Shown here piece by piece: positions 12,400-25,668 of a DNA stretch of 63,156 nt. Position numbers and translations under genes: made by a program. Source of the DNA: Octopus sinensis (taxonomy: Eukaryota); contig NW_021831997.1 of the NCBI RefSeq assembly GCF_006345805.1, positions 1 to 63,156 of the forward strand, read 5' to 3'. Each line of letters opens with the position of its first letter. The first letter of the stretch is position 1. The notes beneath the pieces were generated by a model, which saw only the letters and a list, made by a program, of their open reading frames with translations, did no database searches and had not been told where the DNA came from.

Positions 12400-12785
12400 A
12401 ATACAGAAACGTTAGCACGCCGGGCGAACTGCTTAGCCGTATTTCGTCTGCCGTTACGTTCTGAGATCAAATTCCGCCGAGGTCGACTTTGTCTTTCATC
12501 CTTTCGGGGTCGATACATTAAGTACCAGTTACGCACTGGGGTCGATGTAATCGACTTAATCTGTTTGTCTGCCCTTGTTTGTCCCCTCTGTGTTTAGCCC
12601 CTTGTGGGTAGTAAAGAAATAGGTATTTCGTCTGCCGTTACGTTCTGAGTTCAAATTCCACCGAGGTCGACTTTACCTTTTTCATCCTTTCGGAGTCGAT
12701 AAATTAAGTAGCAGTTGTGTACTGGAGTCGATCTAATCGACTAGCATCCTCTCCAAAATTTAAAGCCTTATGCCTAGAGTAGAAA
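12400..12785 (+). mobile_element. SINE family B head-to-tail dimer
   Basis: Junction aaagaaatag|gtatttcgtc at about 12620. Confidence 0.85.
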
Positions 12786-12794
12786 ATAACATAC

Positions 12795-12829
<35 letters not shown>

Positions 12830-13062
12830 CACATATATACACACACACACACACACACAGACACACACACACAGACACGCACACAGACACACACACACAC
12901 ACATATATATATATGATGCACGCGTATACACAAATTCAAAATGTTATTGACACGAAAACTTATTACAAAACTCCAACCATCACGACAGGCGGTGCATATA
13001 CCGTTTAAATAATTAGTGTCATAGACTGCGTTTGATATAAAAATACATGCACAAGACCATAT

Positions 13063-13107
<45 letters not shown>

Positions 13108-13196
13108 CTGAGGGGTAGCTAGTATTCGTAAGTGTGCATTTATAAATGTAAGCTTAAGTGTGTGTATATATTTATGTGTATACACAAACCCACATG

Positions 13197-13390
13197 ATAG
13201 ATCGCTAGCCTCTACACATTTTTTTATTATTTTCTTTCCTTGTTTCTTTCTGTGTTGTTTTCTGTGGAAGAGCGTTGGCTCGAAACATTAAAGACATTTT
13301 CACTTCCCGAGCTTTAAACTAATACATCTGTTTGTTGTCTACACCACCTGTCTTCGTTTTTTGTTTTTATTTTTTGTGAATTCTCTCCTT
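13197..13390 (+). mobile_element. Short (~180 bp) PLE-tail-like repeat with HHR-like motif (CUGU core)
   Basis: ctgtgga-a-gagc-gttg-gctc-gaa-acat. Homologous to 26528-26705, 46454-46630 and the tail fragment at 1-45. Confidence 0.65.
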
Positions 13391-13632
13391 AGTCGAAAGA
13401 CACCTGTTGCTATGTCCTGTTGACTGTATTTGTGTAATATACTCCGTTTTTTTACACACTCGCCAGCTTAATGCAATTCGTCCTTAGTCGAAAGACACCT
13501 GTTGCTATGTCCTGTTGATTGTATTTGTGTAATATACTCCGTTTTTTTACCGTCCTTGTTTTGGTATATATTCGCTGCTTTTTTCCAAGGAATCTAATGC
13601 TCTTAACTCCAATGCTCCAAGGAATCTAATGG

Positions 13633-13705
13633 CCAGATTGGAGCAACCTCGAGTATGACCTGCCGAAATTGCAAAGATAATCTGGAACTCGACTGAGGAA
13701 AGAAA
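13633..13705 (+). ncRNA. Hammerhead-like motif with non-standard strand order, partly decayed
   Basis: CCAGAUU..GCAAC-C-UCGAGU..CCUGCC-GAA-AUUGC..AAUCUGG-A-ACUCGA-CUGAGGA. U16.1 appears as C and stem II is poor. Confidence 0.42.
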
Positions 13706-13814
13706 ACTCCGAATGACACGTCCTTGTTTTCTATGTATCGTCTATCTGGGTGTTTTGTTGTCCTTTTTTGTATCACTAACTGTGTGGATGTTTTGCGTTC
13801 TTGTCCCATTTTTG

Positions 13815-13859
<45 letters not shown>

Positions 13860-14072
13860 AATAAATCTCTGAACGAGATATAAACAGTAACTGCTCTATA
13901 ACGTAAGGGGGATCAGCCATCTGAATGTGGCTAGGGACAGGGCGGGGTGGTGGGGGTGTTACTGATGCTTTTAGCCCCAGGCGATCATCGACGTCACCAG
14001 AAGGACCGACACCATCTCGGTGTCCTTGTTAGCCTGTAAGGGAGATCATCCTCCCCGAAGATACGGATACTA

Positions 14073-14115
14073 CATACGGACCGGTTTCGAGGTCATTGCC
14101 TCTTATCAACGCATG
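14073..14115 (-). ncRNA. Minimal type I hammerhead ribozyme, U3-A8 core variant
   Basis: CAUGCG-UUGAUAA-GAGG(caauga)CCUC-GAA-ACCGGU-C-CGUAUG. Confidence 0.75.
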
Positions 14116-14313
14116 GTAAGCACCGCTCTTCGCTGAAGGATTCCCTCTACAGGCTACATATATAAGGTTTTTCACAGTAACTACTGTCACTGATGTAGAA
14201 AAACCGTCCGAAAACAATAATAAATCTCTGAACGAGATATAAACAGTAACTGCTCTATAACGTAAGGGGGATCAGCCATCTGAATGTGGCTAGCATCGAG
14301 GAACGGTGCTTAC

Positions 14314-14356
14314 CATACGTTGATAAGAGGCAATGACCTCGAAACCGGTCCGTATG
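14314..14356 (+). ncRNA. Minimal type I hammerhead ribozyme, U3-A8 core variant
   Basis: CAUACG-UUGAUAA-GAGG(caauga)CCUC-GAA-ACCGGU-C-CGUAUG. 6-bp stem I, palindromic stem III, GUC site with predicted cut after 14350. Confidence 0.8.
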
Positions 14357-14563
14357 TAGTATTCGTATCTTCGAGGGAGGATGATCTCCCTTTACGGGCT
14401 AACAAAGACACCGAGATGGTGTCGGTCCTTCTGGTGACGTCGATGATCGCCTGGGGCTAAAAGCATCAGTAACACCCCCACCACCCCGCCCTGTCCCTAG
14501 CCACATTCAGATGGCTGATCCCCCTTACGTATATATATATATATATATTATATATTTAATATA

Positions 14564-14635
<72 letters not shown>

Positions 14636-14775
14636 TAGGAGTGGCTCTGTGGTAAGTAGCTTGCTTACAAACCACATGGTTCCGGGTTCAGGCCCACTGT
14701 GTGGCACCTTGGACAAGTGTCTTCTACTGTAGCCTTGGGCTGACCAAAGCCTTGTGAGTGGATTTGATAGACGGC
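14636..14775 (+). mobile_element. SINE family A, 5' half
   Basis: Head and central domain only. Confidence 0.8.
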
Positions 14776-15144
14776 AGGGATACAAGTTTTCACAGGCACA
14801 GGGAGGAATAGAGATGTTGCAAGAAAGAAAAGTCAGGCTTCACCGAACACCGGTCACATGGTGAGAGAAAAGAAAGTGGTAGAGGCAGAGGGACAGAAGA
14901 ATTAAAGAGGGTGAGAAAAAATGACAGAGACACAGTGAAGTGAAAAGTGGAGGGAAAGTGAGCATGAAGAAAAGGCAAGGATATGTGAGAGAGGGGAAGC
15001 GAAAGAACGAAGAGTGGAACGAACGGAGTAAGCGTTGAAGGTAAAGGGCTGACAGAAAGAAAGAAAGAATAAAAGAAAGAATAGAGTCGTACAAGATTTA
15101 GATAAATATATACTTACACATGAGACCAAAAATATAGTACGCCG

Positions 15145-15181
<37 letters not shown>

Positions 15182-15436
15182 TATATTTGTTGTTTAAAAT
15201 GGCTGACGGTTAGTAAGGAGAGACACAAATAAGAAAGAAGAAAACAAAGGACCACTGATGCGGTCACAGGAGTGTGACAAAAGAACTCTGGCCGAAATAA
15301 GATTAAGATTAATATAAAAAATAAATAACATTGAAGCAAAGTAACACCAAATATATAGTGCGTGTGATTTTATTGGCTAAACTGGCAAAATGACCATTCC
15401 GAAATATAACAATATATATATATAATATATATATAT

Positions 15437-15482
<46 letters not shown>

Positions 15483-15715
15483 TACAAATGGGACTATAAC
15501 GCAAAACATTCAGATAGACGATACATAGAAAACAGGGTAAACTGAATGTGTGTATGTGCATATATGTTTGCGCGCGCATGTGTGTGTGTAATATTTCAGA
15601 ACATGAGGTTGATGCGAATTTGGACACTGATGACAATCCTAAATCTACACAGATATTTATGGCTGTTGTTCTCAAAGTTGCTAAAATACTCAGAAAACAC
15701 CTCCTCTGAACAATA

Positions 15716-16169
15716 TCTACTATAATAATGCTCTTGAATATTTCTCCGTCACTATATAAGAATGAGAAAGGAAGAGGTGATAGATGACTAAGGAAGAAAG
15801 TGGTGATGGCAAAGTGGTAGTGGGAGCGTTTCAACTCTGAGTATATATGTGTGTGTATGTATAAGGGAGGTTTGTGAGTGTGTTTTTGTGTGTGTGAGAT
15901 GGAAGTCAGATGGTGAACATTCAACGCTGAAAAGAAAAAAATTAAACAATGTTTCAACTGTGTCAGTATGTGTGTATATATGTGCGTGTAAAAGGGAACT
16001 ATGTGAATGTTTTTATGTGAACTCGCGTTTTTTCAGTAACAAACAATGATTGATGTCACATCTCAAATGACAACACCAGATAACACTGACAAGTGTGTTA
16101 ATTTGATTTACCATCAATATTTAAATATAAAATACTAGCCGTCATTTTTAACGGCACGGGGCCAGCTAG
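15716..16169 (+). mobile_element. Helitron-like element (3' end clear, 5' end uncertain)
   Basis: Hairpin GCCGT/ACGGC (16138-16155), then CTAG|T at 16166-16170. Possible a|TCTACTATAATAA start at 15716. Confidence 0.4.
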
Positions 16170-16904
16170 TTTACAAATAATTTAGAAAGCTACATTTTAC
16201 AAGAATAACTCTTTCTAATTTCGGTAGAAATCTAGCAATTTTGGAGGGAGGAAATCAATTACAGAGACCCCAATACTTGGCTGGTTCTTTATATCATCAA
16301 CCCTAAAGGGAAGGAATAAAAGGTAAAGGTGACCTTCCTTGGCGAGATTTGAACACAGATGATAAAAAGCGTGACGAAATACCGCTAAAAGTTTTGTTGT
16401 ACTTGCTAACGATTCGGCCACCTTGCTACCTTAACTTTTTTACAAAAGATGAAAAGCAAAGTCGACCTTGGTGGAATTTGGACTCAGAACGTAAAGATAG
16501 ACGAAATGCCTTTAAGCATTTTTTTTCCGCCGTGCTAATAATTGTGTTAGCTGTCCAAATAAGACAAACAACAACAAAATTATAATCGGATGTGCTATTA
16601 TCTTTCTTTACAACACCAAAAGCCTTTTAAGAATACACCTAAAAGTTAATGTCACAAACGGAAAAGAAACTTTGTTGATATAATACAAACTATGGAAGAC
16701 TTTACAACACAACACTTACACCGTCAAAAACACCTTCATTAAACGAAAACAAAGAAAATAAAGACTTTAACACAACCTTACAAAATCCATGAGGTAAAAA
16801 TTTAGGAAAGATAATTATTATCAACGAAGAATAAAACACTCACTATTCCAAATCATGCTCACCTCCGACTAGACAAACTCTTTCACAACGATGGTGGTCT
16901 TTTA

Positions 16905-17100
16905 TTGGGTTGTCCGGAAAGTTCGTGCCGATTTTTAAAGGAAAGAAAAAGGTCAATAAATACTTGCCATTACATTTTTAATCAACCAAATATGAACCAT
17001 TTTGTTGCACAATGTGTTTCCATCTTTCCTTTAACTTGAAAATACCCTCTTCCCAGAATTGAAATTTTTACCATTAAGACTATTCTGCAGACACCTGAAT
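16905..17100 (-). mobile_element. Mariner deletion derivative
   Basis: TIR tattgggttgtccggaaagttcgtgccgattt; minus translation WEEGIFKLKERWKHIVQQNGSYLVD*. A matching TIR fragment lies at about 4730-4760. Confidence 0.75.
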
Positions 17101-17114
17101 AATATATATATACA

Positions 17115-17277
17115 GTGGGCTACTTTCAGTTTCCGTCTACCAAATCCACTCACAAAGCTTTGGCCGGCCAGAAGCTATAGTAGAAGACGCTTGCCAAAGG
17201 TGCCACGCAGTGGGACTGAACGCGGAACCATGTGGTTAAGAATCAAGTTTTTTACCACATACTCACGCCTGCGCCTA
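17115..17277 (-). mobile_element. SINE family A, 5' half
   Basis: Reverse complement of head and central domain. Confidence 0.8.
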
Positions 17278-17975
17278 ACCACTGCGTTTCCGACTTTGTG
17301 CTTATATCTATGTGCCTGAGAGAGAGAGAGAGAGAGAGAGAGAGCTTTTTATAATGCCATTGTTTATTTCTCGTTTTGTTTTGTCCCTTGTTTATTGTCT
17401 TTTTGTTCTGTTCCTTTGTCTTCTTCGCTCTGTCAGTATATCTCTATGGTCTACAGATCACAATAATTTTTACTGTTTGCAAAAGATCGGCAACTAATTC
17501 CTGACAACAAATGTCATTCGAATAATCTCTCAGAATTATTGAAAAATGTAGAATACTTCAGACCAGTATTTTGATTCTCTATAGAAATGTGCGTGCGTGA
17601 GTGAGTGCGAGCGTACGAGCATGCGTGCGTGCGTGTGTGCTTGTGTGTATATATGTGAGTGTTTGTATATAATTATGCTTCAATATATATATATATAATT
17701 CATACCAAGAGCGCGCACGACAGTTGGACGGAAAGTAATGCAAAAGTGCACATAACTTTTATATTCACTGAAATCGGTTTTTTAAATTGACATGATAATG
17801 GAGTAACCATTCCTCTATTGTAAATCTTGTTCTTTTTTTCATTTGAGGCAAATATGAGGTTCTAAACAAAAGCAACGTTCCTGAGTTCTTTAAGAATTGG
17901 GGAGCAAGTAGTTCTACATCCAAAAAACATCACACAGAGGTGTGACCCGCAGATGGATAGAGAAGATTAGATTTG

Positions 17976-18168
17976 GCACTCCGACGAGGGTTCCAGTTGA
18001 TCTGATCAATGTAACAGTCTACTTTTGAAATCTGAGCACACTGCAGATATGCATACCCTTAAAGTAGTTCTTGGGGAGATTTAGCGTGATACAGAATGCG
18101 ACAAAGCTGGCTCTTTGGAATACAGGTACTACCCATTTTTGCCAGCTGAGTGGACTGGAGCAACGTAA
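17976..18168 (-). mobile_element. SINE family D, 3' part
   Basis: CORE-like ttgctccagtccactcagctggc plus the tail shared with family C. Confidence 0.75.
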
Positions 18169-19260
18169 AATAATAGTGTCAGAAAAATATGCCAGAGACC
18201 TGAGACTGCAGGAACTCACAAACACCCTGATTGACAAACACTACCCAGTTCAACTCATAAATCGGACGTGCAACACAAATTGACATAGAAACCTTAAGAA
18301 AATTTCGACACAGCAGCACACATTCCCCGAAAATATTGCCGTATATCCACACACAACCCCAGAAACAAAGAAGCCTTCACCATCCATCACCCCAAATTTA
18401 CCAATGCTACATAAGGACCCCAAATTAAAGGAAATTACATCAAAAGCCACAAACACTAAAAATGATACTCATAAAGGCAAAATTATTTTCTAAAATAACG
18501 GACGCAAAAGTGAAGAAACGCGATCGACCAAATTGCGCAACGTGCCTAAATTTTCTAGAAGGATCAGAATTCCCTTTCAAAGAGGAACAAATATTCAAAA
18601 TCAAATTTGACTTTAATTGTGTCTCAGAAAACCTGATTTATGTTATAAGATGCTCGTGCTGCCATCAAAACTACAAATGGACCACGGGATTATAGCTTAG
18701 ACGCAGATGCACTCTGCACCGACAGCAGATTGCATTCCTAGAATACAGAATGATACCTTTTAGTGAACACAATGAGAAATGCGCAAAGCAGCTGCTACCA
18801 CAATTTGTAATATTTCCATTTTATGAATGTGCCATTGGAACACTAACACAAGTTAGATTAAATAAAGAAACCTAATTCATTGAAAAATATTAGCCAAAAC
18901 TTGACCATTTCTAGCAATTTTAAATAAGGAAACTTACTTCATTGAAAAAAATATAAAGCAAAGCTTAATCACTTCTAACATTCTATCCTTTCTAAACCAA
19001 ATCATGTTATTTAATAAAACCTAGTCATTCCCAACATTTTTTATTATCTCCCTTATACCGAAAAAATCCCTGATTACCTTCCCCTGTCTGGAACTCTCAT
19101 ACTTCACTTCATAGCGAAGAGATGACACAATGTCGGTAAAGAAATTTGAGAAATTTGAAAAGAAAATACGAAACCGGTTATTTCTCCAAAAACAATGTTA
19201 CTTTACACCAAAGTTTTAAACATTTTCCTAACATAACGATTTAAATATATTCTTTAATCA
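18169..19260 (+). mobile_element. Penelope-like element 3' fragment (RT C-terminus, GIY-YIG, pLTR)
   Basis: IVSEKYARDLRLQELTNTLIDKHYP; RPNCATC...FNCVSENLIYVIRCSCC. Homologous to 59750-60960. HHR-like motif at 19148-19186. Confidence 0.85.
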
Positions 19261-19354
19261 TATAACACAAGTCTTCTGTATTTTTCAACTCCATTTTGTC
19301 TTTTAGACATCTAACCTCGTGTTTTCATATACCAACTCATATATATATATTTTT

Positions 19355-19739
19355 TTTATTTGTTTCAGTCATTTGACTGCGGCCATGCTGGAGCACCGCC
19401 TTTAATCGAGCGACTCGACCTCGGGACTTATTCTTTTGTAAGCCCAGTACTTATTTTATCGGCCTGTTTTGCCGAACCGCTAAGTAACGGGGACATAAAC
19501 ACACCAACATCGGTTGTCAAGCAAACACAGACACACAAACACATACACACACACATATATATATATACATATATACGACAGGCTTCTTTCAGTTTCCGTC
19601 TACCAAATCCACTCACAAGGCATTGGTCGGCCCGGGGCTATAGCAGAAGACACTTGCCCAAGGTGCCACGCAGTGGGACTGAACCCAGAACCATGTGGTT
19701 GGTAAACGAGCTACTTACCACACAGCCACTCCTGCGCCT
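19355..19739 (-). mobile_element. SINE family A, full length
   Basis: Family consensus. Confidence 0.9.
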
Positions 19740-20753
19740 ATGTACTTTTATATGCAAACATATATATCGGATAGAAAGGTAGGGAAATAAATAAAAATAT
19801 ATAAAACTTTATTCTGTTGTACTTTATATTACCTAAATTAGTGGAGTTAGATATTCATTTCTTTACCATAAGGACAAACTATATCCACTTAAATATAAAT
19901 TTTCAATGACATACATTTTCATATAGTGCAAGTAGCAATTTCTGTGTACTATAAGTATTTCAAACACATTTGTGATTGTATAAATGTGTCTGTGCGTGTG
20001 TACGTTTGTATACGTATGTGTATATTAGTTTGTATACATACATAGTACATATTCATATATATTTGATAAAATACATCTGCTGTCATTCCGAAGTGGCCCC
20101 CACGGGGAAGAATATTATTTTGAAAGCACTATTTATGGAGAGTTAAGAAATAATGATTATGAACAAATATATAGTAATACAAACCGACAATGAAAATAGT
20201 GAATTTAATCTAAAAGTCTCTAAATGACCATTTAACTAATGTTCAGACAGTAAAACTATAGTAGACAAAGCGGACCAAGGATCAAGGAACCGCAGTTACC
20301 ATTACATGAAAGAATATATGTTAAAATGTTGAACTTAGAAGTAGAATGTAACCCAAGAAAGACAGAGAAAAAGAAGGTAGATGAAGAGAAAGGAGAGAAA
20401 AACCACAAGACTTTATAAAGGCTCGACAGTAATAGATTTTGAAAAGATTCTGTGTAATTGTGTTAGTAAATAGGAGAGAGTACTGTTAGGAAATTTTCTA
20501 ACTTTAGATAATAAGATAACTTTATATAGAATAAGACAACAAATCAACGAAATACGAATGTAACTGTGTTTGTATATTCTTGTACACATTCTGAAGGAAT
20601 GAAATGCAACGCTGACCCCGGGGTCATTTGAGCTTAGAGTGCAGAAAACCAGAAGGAACAATGCAATATATTTTACCCGATTCTCTTTCCATTCCGGCAA
20701 TTGTCATCCTTACCTGTATAAACACACCCGGACGCACATAAATACATACATAC

Positions 20754-20788
<35 letters not shown>

Positions 20789-20790
<2 letters not shown>

Positions 20791-21068
20791 GAGGCGCAAT
20801 GGCCCAGTGGTTAGGGCTGCGGACTCGCGGTCGTAGGATCGCGGTTTCGATTCCCAGTCCGGGCGTTGTGAGTGTTTATTGAGCGAAAACACCTAAAGCT
20901 CCACGAGGCTCCGGCAGGGGGTGGTGGCCCTCCCTGCTGTACTCTTTCGCTACAACTTTCTCTCACTCTTTCTTCTGATGGCTGCTCGCTTAGCCAGCGG
21001 GGTGGCGTCATTTGAAGCGCATTGTGACCAGCAATGTGTAGCAACATCTCATAGCCTGGTCGGTCACG
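20789..21068 (+). mobile_element. SINE family C (tRNA-Arg-like head, alternative tail ending cacggtga(TA)n)
   Basis: TGGCCCAGTGG A box, GTTTCGATTCC B box; same tail as 56209-56468. Confidence 0.85.
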
Positions 21069-21071
21069 GTG

Positions 21072-21147
<76 letters not shown>

Positions 21148-21169
21148 ATTATATATATATATATGGATG

Positions 21170-21560
21170 TGTATGCATGTATGCATACCCATCTACCCAT
21201 CCATCTATCTTTTCCGCCTAATATTCCTGGGAGAGCCGTGAGAATAGTGTCCTAAATCACCCCTTCCATAGGGTTCTATAAGAAGCATCTGTTATTACAC
21301 TTTTCGGCTTGATTCCCTAGCAGGACCAACTGGAAATGTGGATATTATCCAAGCATCCAGTTCTTACTCTGCTCTTAGGTCCTCAACCTGTCAACTCGGC
21401 TTGAAGAATCTGTCTTCTGAGTCTTTCCAACGACATTTAATATTTAATATGTCCTACATCCTGGAGCTGTATCCTCTCAATGCTGGAAAGTATTTGGGTA
21501 GACCCCCGAAAAAACTTTTGATCTCTACGGCCCCTATGTATTTGTCATCGTACTCTTTCA
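21170..21560 (-). mobile_element. RTE-clade (Rex3/Expander-like) LINE 3' end, decayed
   Basis: Minus frame SSIERIQLQDVGHIKY*MSLERLRRQILQAELTG*GPKSRVRTGCLDNI...GIKPK...RTLWK, followed by a (GATG)-like tail. Confidence 0.7.
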
Positions 21561-21637
21561 GTGATTCATCAAAGTTCATATTTGTATTCACACACACACA
21601 CGAATATGAATTTTGAATTTGTGAATTATTATACATA

Positions 21638-21848
21638 GAGGAGTGGCTGTGTGGTAAGTAGCTTGCTAACGAACCACATGGTTCCGGGTTCAGTCCCACT
21701 GCGTGGCATCTTGGGCAAGTGTCTTCTGCTATAGCCCCGGGCCGACCAATGCCTTGTGAGTGGATTTGGTAGACGGAAACTGAAAGAAGCCTGTCGTATA
21801 TATGTATATATATATATAATATATATATATATATATTATATATATAAT

Positions 21849-21893
<45 letters not shown>

Positions 21894-22108
21894 GTGTGTG
21901 TGTTTGTCCCCCTAGCATTGCTTGACAACCGATGCTGGTGTGTTTACGTCCCAGTCACTTAGCGGTTCGGCAAAAGAGACCGATAGAATAAGTACTGGGC
22001 TTACAAAAGAATAAGTTCCGGGGTCGAGTTGCTTGACTAATGGCGGTGCTCCAGCATGGCCGCAGTCAAATGACTGAAACAAGTAAAAGAGTAAAGAGTA
22101 AAAGAGTA
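21638..22108 (+). mobile_element. SINE family A, full length
   Basis: Family consensus. Confidence 0.9.
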
Positions 22109-22574
22109 GATAAACGTATATGCTATGCAGAGGTAGGAATAACGTGTGAGTGTTTTCTGCAAATTAGGGGTAGCTTATCCTGTTCAGGATATATTAGTAG
22201 CATAATCCTGCGTTTGAGAATTTAAAATCACTTCTTTAACTTTCTAAGACATCTCAACGCTTCTTCAGCAAACTTCGTTCATAGTTCGTTCATAGTTCGT
22301 TCATGTTTACGTTCATAGTAATTTGAATTTAACATATATATATCAAATTATTGTATCTGTGAAACAGGAAACTATAAGTGTTGATTTTTAAAAATTGTGT
22401 ATATTAAACGATATTTATCTCTCTGGACATTTTTTGTTGATCCTACTAATGCCAGTACACAGTAACTCTGTCTCTGTGTGTGTGTGTGTGTGTGTGTGTT
22501 TGTGTGTCAGTGTGCGTGTGTGCGTGAGTGAGTGTGTGCACAAGCACGGATGTGTGTGAGTAGCTACGTAGGTA

Positions 22575-23120
<546 letters not shown>

Positions 23121-23497
23121 TAAAAACATATACCTTTAGGGCAAGTACTCAAGAAAACAGAAAAACAGGAGGAAGCATGCTTAATATATACTGCAGACTT
23201 CATCTATTTACTTATACCAAAGATATTAGGCTTAATCTTTTCGTGTTACTTAGCGATGCTACTACGAAAGTCTCTGCTATAAACACATACGTGATCTCGC
23301 TGATTTTTCGCTTGTCTTTTTGTTTTTGCTTTACTATCCTTGTTTGGAGTAATTTCTCTTAAGTGTACGCGCGCGTGTGTGTGTATCGCACACCCACGTA
23401 TGGATACATGTGTGTTTATGTCTGTGCCTGTACACATATATATATATATGTATGCGTCTATGCGCGTGTGTGGTAATATATATATGTATATATATTA

Positions 23498-23531
<34 letters not shown>

Positions 23532-23604
23532 TATATGTATATATATATAATGTATATATATACTATATATATGATATTATATGTATATATGTATATATAT
23601 ATTA

Positions 23605-23637
<33 letters not shown>

Positions 23638-23690
23638 ATATATATATTACCACACACGCGCATAGACGCATACATATATATATATATGTG

Positions 23691-23722
<32 letters not shown>

Positions 23723-23733
23723 TGATATATATA

Positions 23734-23779
<46 letters not shown>

Positions 23780-24519
23780 GTATATATATATATATGTATG
23801 TATAATAATTTATACACTTAATGACCTACAGTACTCATTACGTCATTAAGGATATACAACCACATCTTATACGTATCTTCTTTTGTTGGGGTGGGGGGTA
23901 TATTGTAAATGAACTAAGCTTTCCCCTTAATGTCATTAGGTATATCGTAATATATAATGCGTTTGCGTGATTGTTTTACTATTTTACCCGTTTTTTTTTT
24001 CTTTTTAGTTATTTTTTTATCCAAGTCTTCATATCCTGTTACTTATATCCATGATCGTCAACGCTATCACGTGATGCATTTATTTGACCGTTGCTTGCAC
24101 TCATCGCCATTGTTATCAAATTAGACTGTCTCATTAAATATGTTTCGCTACAGGCTCTGCTTGATTAAAATGATTGTTCCCCAATGTGAATATCCATTTT
24201 TTTTTTCCTTTAAGATATGCATCGACAGGTACCTGTCAATGGGGTGATTGCTGTTTTGTTGAAGAGGCGACCGAGTATGAGTAAAGAACGGAAGAATTAT
24301 TTAGTGTCACATCTATCTTCTAACCAAATAACTTTGAAAAATATTGTACGTAAAATAAAATAAAATAAACTAAAATAGCTCATGACCAGATTCGAAACCA
24401 ATTTATTGTGGACTCACTTTGTTGAAGGACTATGCTTGCATGAAGATTCTACTGTACTCTGGCAGTTCTGTGAGAAATAATTAAACTCGAACCGTAATGG
24501 AGTGCTACTATTAAGGAGG

Positions 24520-24815
24520 TGGAGGCACATGGCCTAGTGGTTAGAGCAGCGGACTCGCGGTCGAGGGATCGCGGGTTCGAATCTCAGACCGGGCGATGTG
24601 TGTGTTTATGAGCGAAACAGCTAAGCTCCACACGGCTCCGGCAGAAGGTAATGGCGAACTTCTGCTGACTCTTTCGCCACAACTTTCTCTCACTCTTTCC
24701 TCCTGAATCTTGCAGCTCACCTGCGATGGACCGGCGTCCCGTCCGGGTGGGGAACCTATACGCCAAGAACCGGGAAACCGGCCCTTATGAGCCAGGCATG
24801 GCTCGAGAAGGAACA
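24520..24815 (+). mobile_element. SINE family C'
   Basis: Near-identical to 58156-58455. Confidence 0.9.
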
Positions 24816-25195
24816 AACAAAACAAAACTGTTAAGGGGAAACTTAAGTCAATTAGCTCTCTGACAAAGCACTTGCTAATTATGCAGTGCTGTCCCTATAT
24901 ATTGTTTTCAATTTTTGGAACAAAGCCAGCAAGTTCAGGGAAGACATAGATCGATTAGATCGACGCCAGTACTTCCAACTACCGCTGACATTCATTTTCA
25001 GGTGAGTAGACTGAAAAGGTGTGAAAATGAAGTGTATTATTCAGAGACAACGCTTCACATAATTCGAGAATCGGACCCTCTATCTAGTGAACGCAAGTTC
25101 AACTCGTCTAAACACTACACCACTCACCTTCACAAATAAAACCCAATTGCTTTAAAACTTGTGGAAGACGCGTTGGATAACGTATATATTATATA

Positions 25196-25406
25196 CAGGA
25201 TGCGGCAGAAATACCTCCCACATTTTAAACTTTCACCTATGAGTTGCTAATGAACTCATGCAAGTGTCAATAATGTTTTTATTTATTTAATGAACAAAGA
25301 CTGTAACGCTTTCTTTAAACAAAAGTAAAATTAATTTTTCATAAATGTTGTTTCTTTTCCCTTTTGTTAACCTTTTAAATGTGGGATGTACTTCTGCCGC
25401 ACCCTG
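25196..25406. mobile_element. Tc1-type MITE
   Basis: TA|CAGGATGCGGCAGAAATACCTCCCACATTT ... AAATGTGGGATGTACTTCTGCCGCACCCTG|TA. Confidence 0.85.
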
Positions 25407-25437
25407 TATAACAACAAGATCGAATAATCATGTTTTA

Positions 25438-25668
25438 AGGCGGCGAGCTGGCAGAAACGTTAGCACGCCGGGCGAAATGCTTTGCGGCATTTCGTCCGCC
25501 GCTGCGTTCTGAGTTCAAATTACACCGAGGTCGACTTTGCCTTTCATCCTTTCGGGGTCGATAAATTAAGTACCAGTTACGCACTGGGGTCGATGTAATA
25601 GACTAAATCCGTTTGTCTGTCCTTGTTTGTCCCCTGTGTGTTTAGCCCCTTGTGGGTAGTAAAGAAAT
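25438..25668 (+). mobile_element. SINE family B
   Basis: Family consensus. Confidence 0.9.

Larger units (their letters stand above)
13856..14530. mobile_element. Retrozyme-like / PLE pLTR-like element: 359-bp tandem unit plus inverted partial copy
   Basis: 13856-13934 is identical to 14215-14293; about 13900-14135 is inverted at 14294-14530. Flanked by (TA)n; carries two HHRs. Confidence 0.75.

Noticed and set aside
15250-15305. CUGAUGC...GGCCGAAA; also a similar minus-strand motif near 53255-53320
   Set aside because: A9 is substituted and stem I cannot be formed, so they are too decayed to call.
20230-20350. KTIVDKADQGS resembling the PLE RT ADKG motif
   Set aside because: A single short motif with frameshifts is insufficient to call.
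23197-23282. Possible terminal TM exon DFIYLLIPKILGLIFSCYLAMLLRKSLL*
   Set aside because: Weak acceptor, no partner exons, and hydrophobic runs arise easily in AT-rich DNA.
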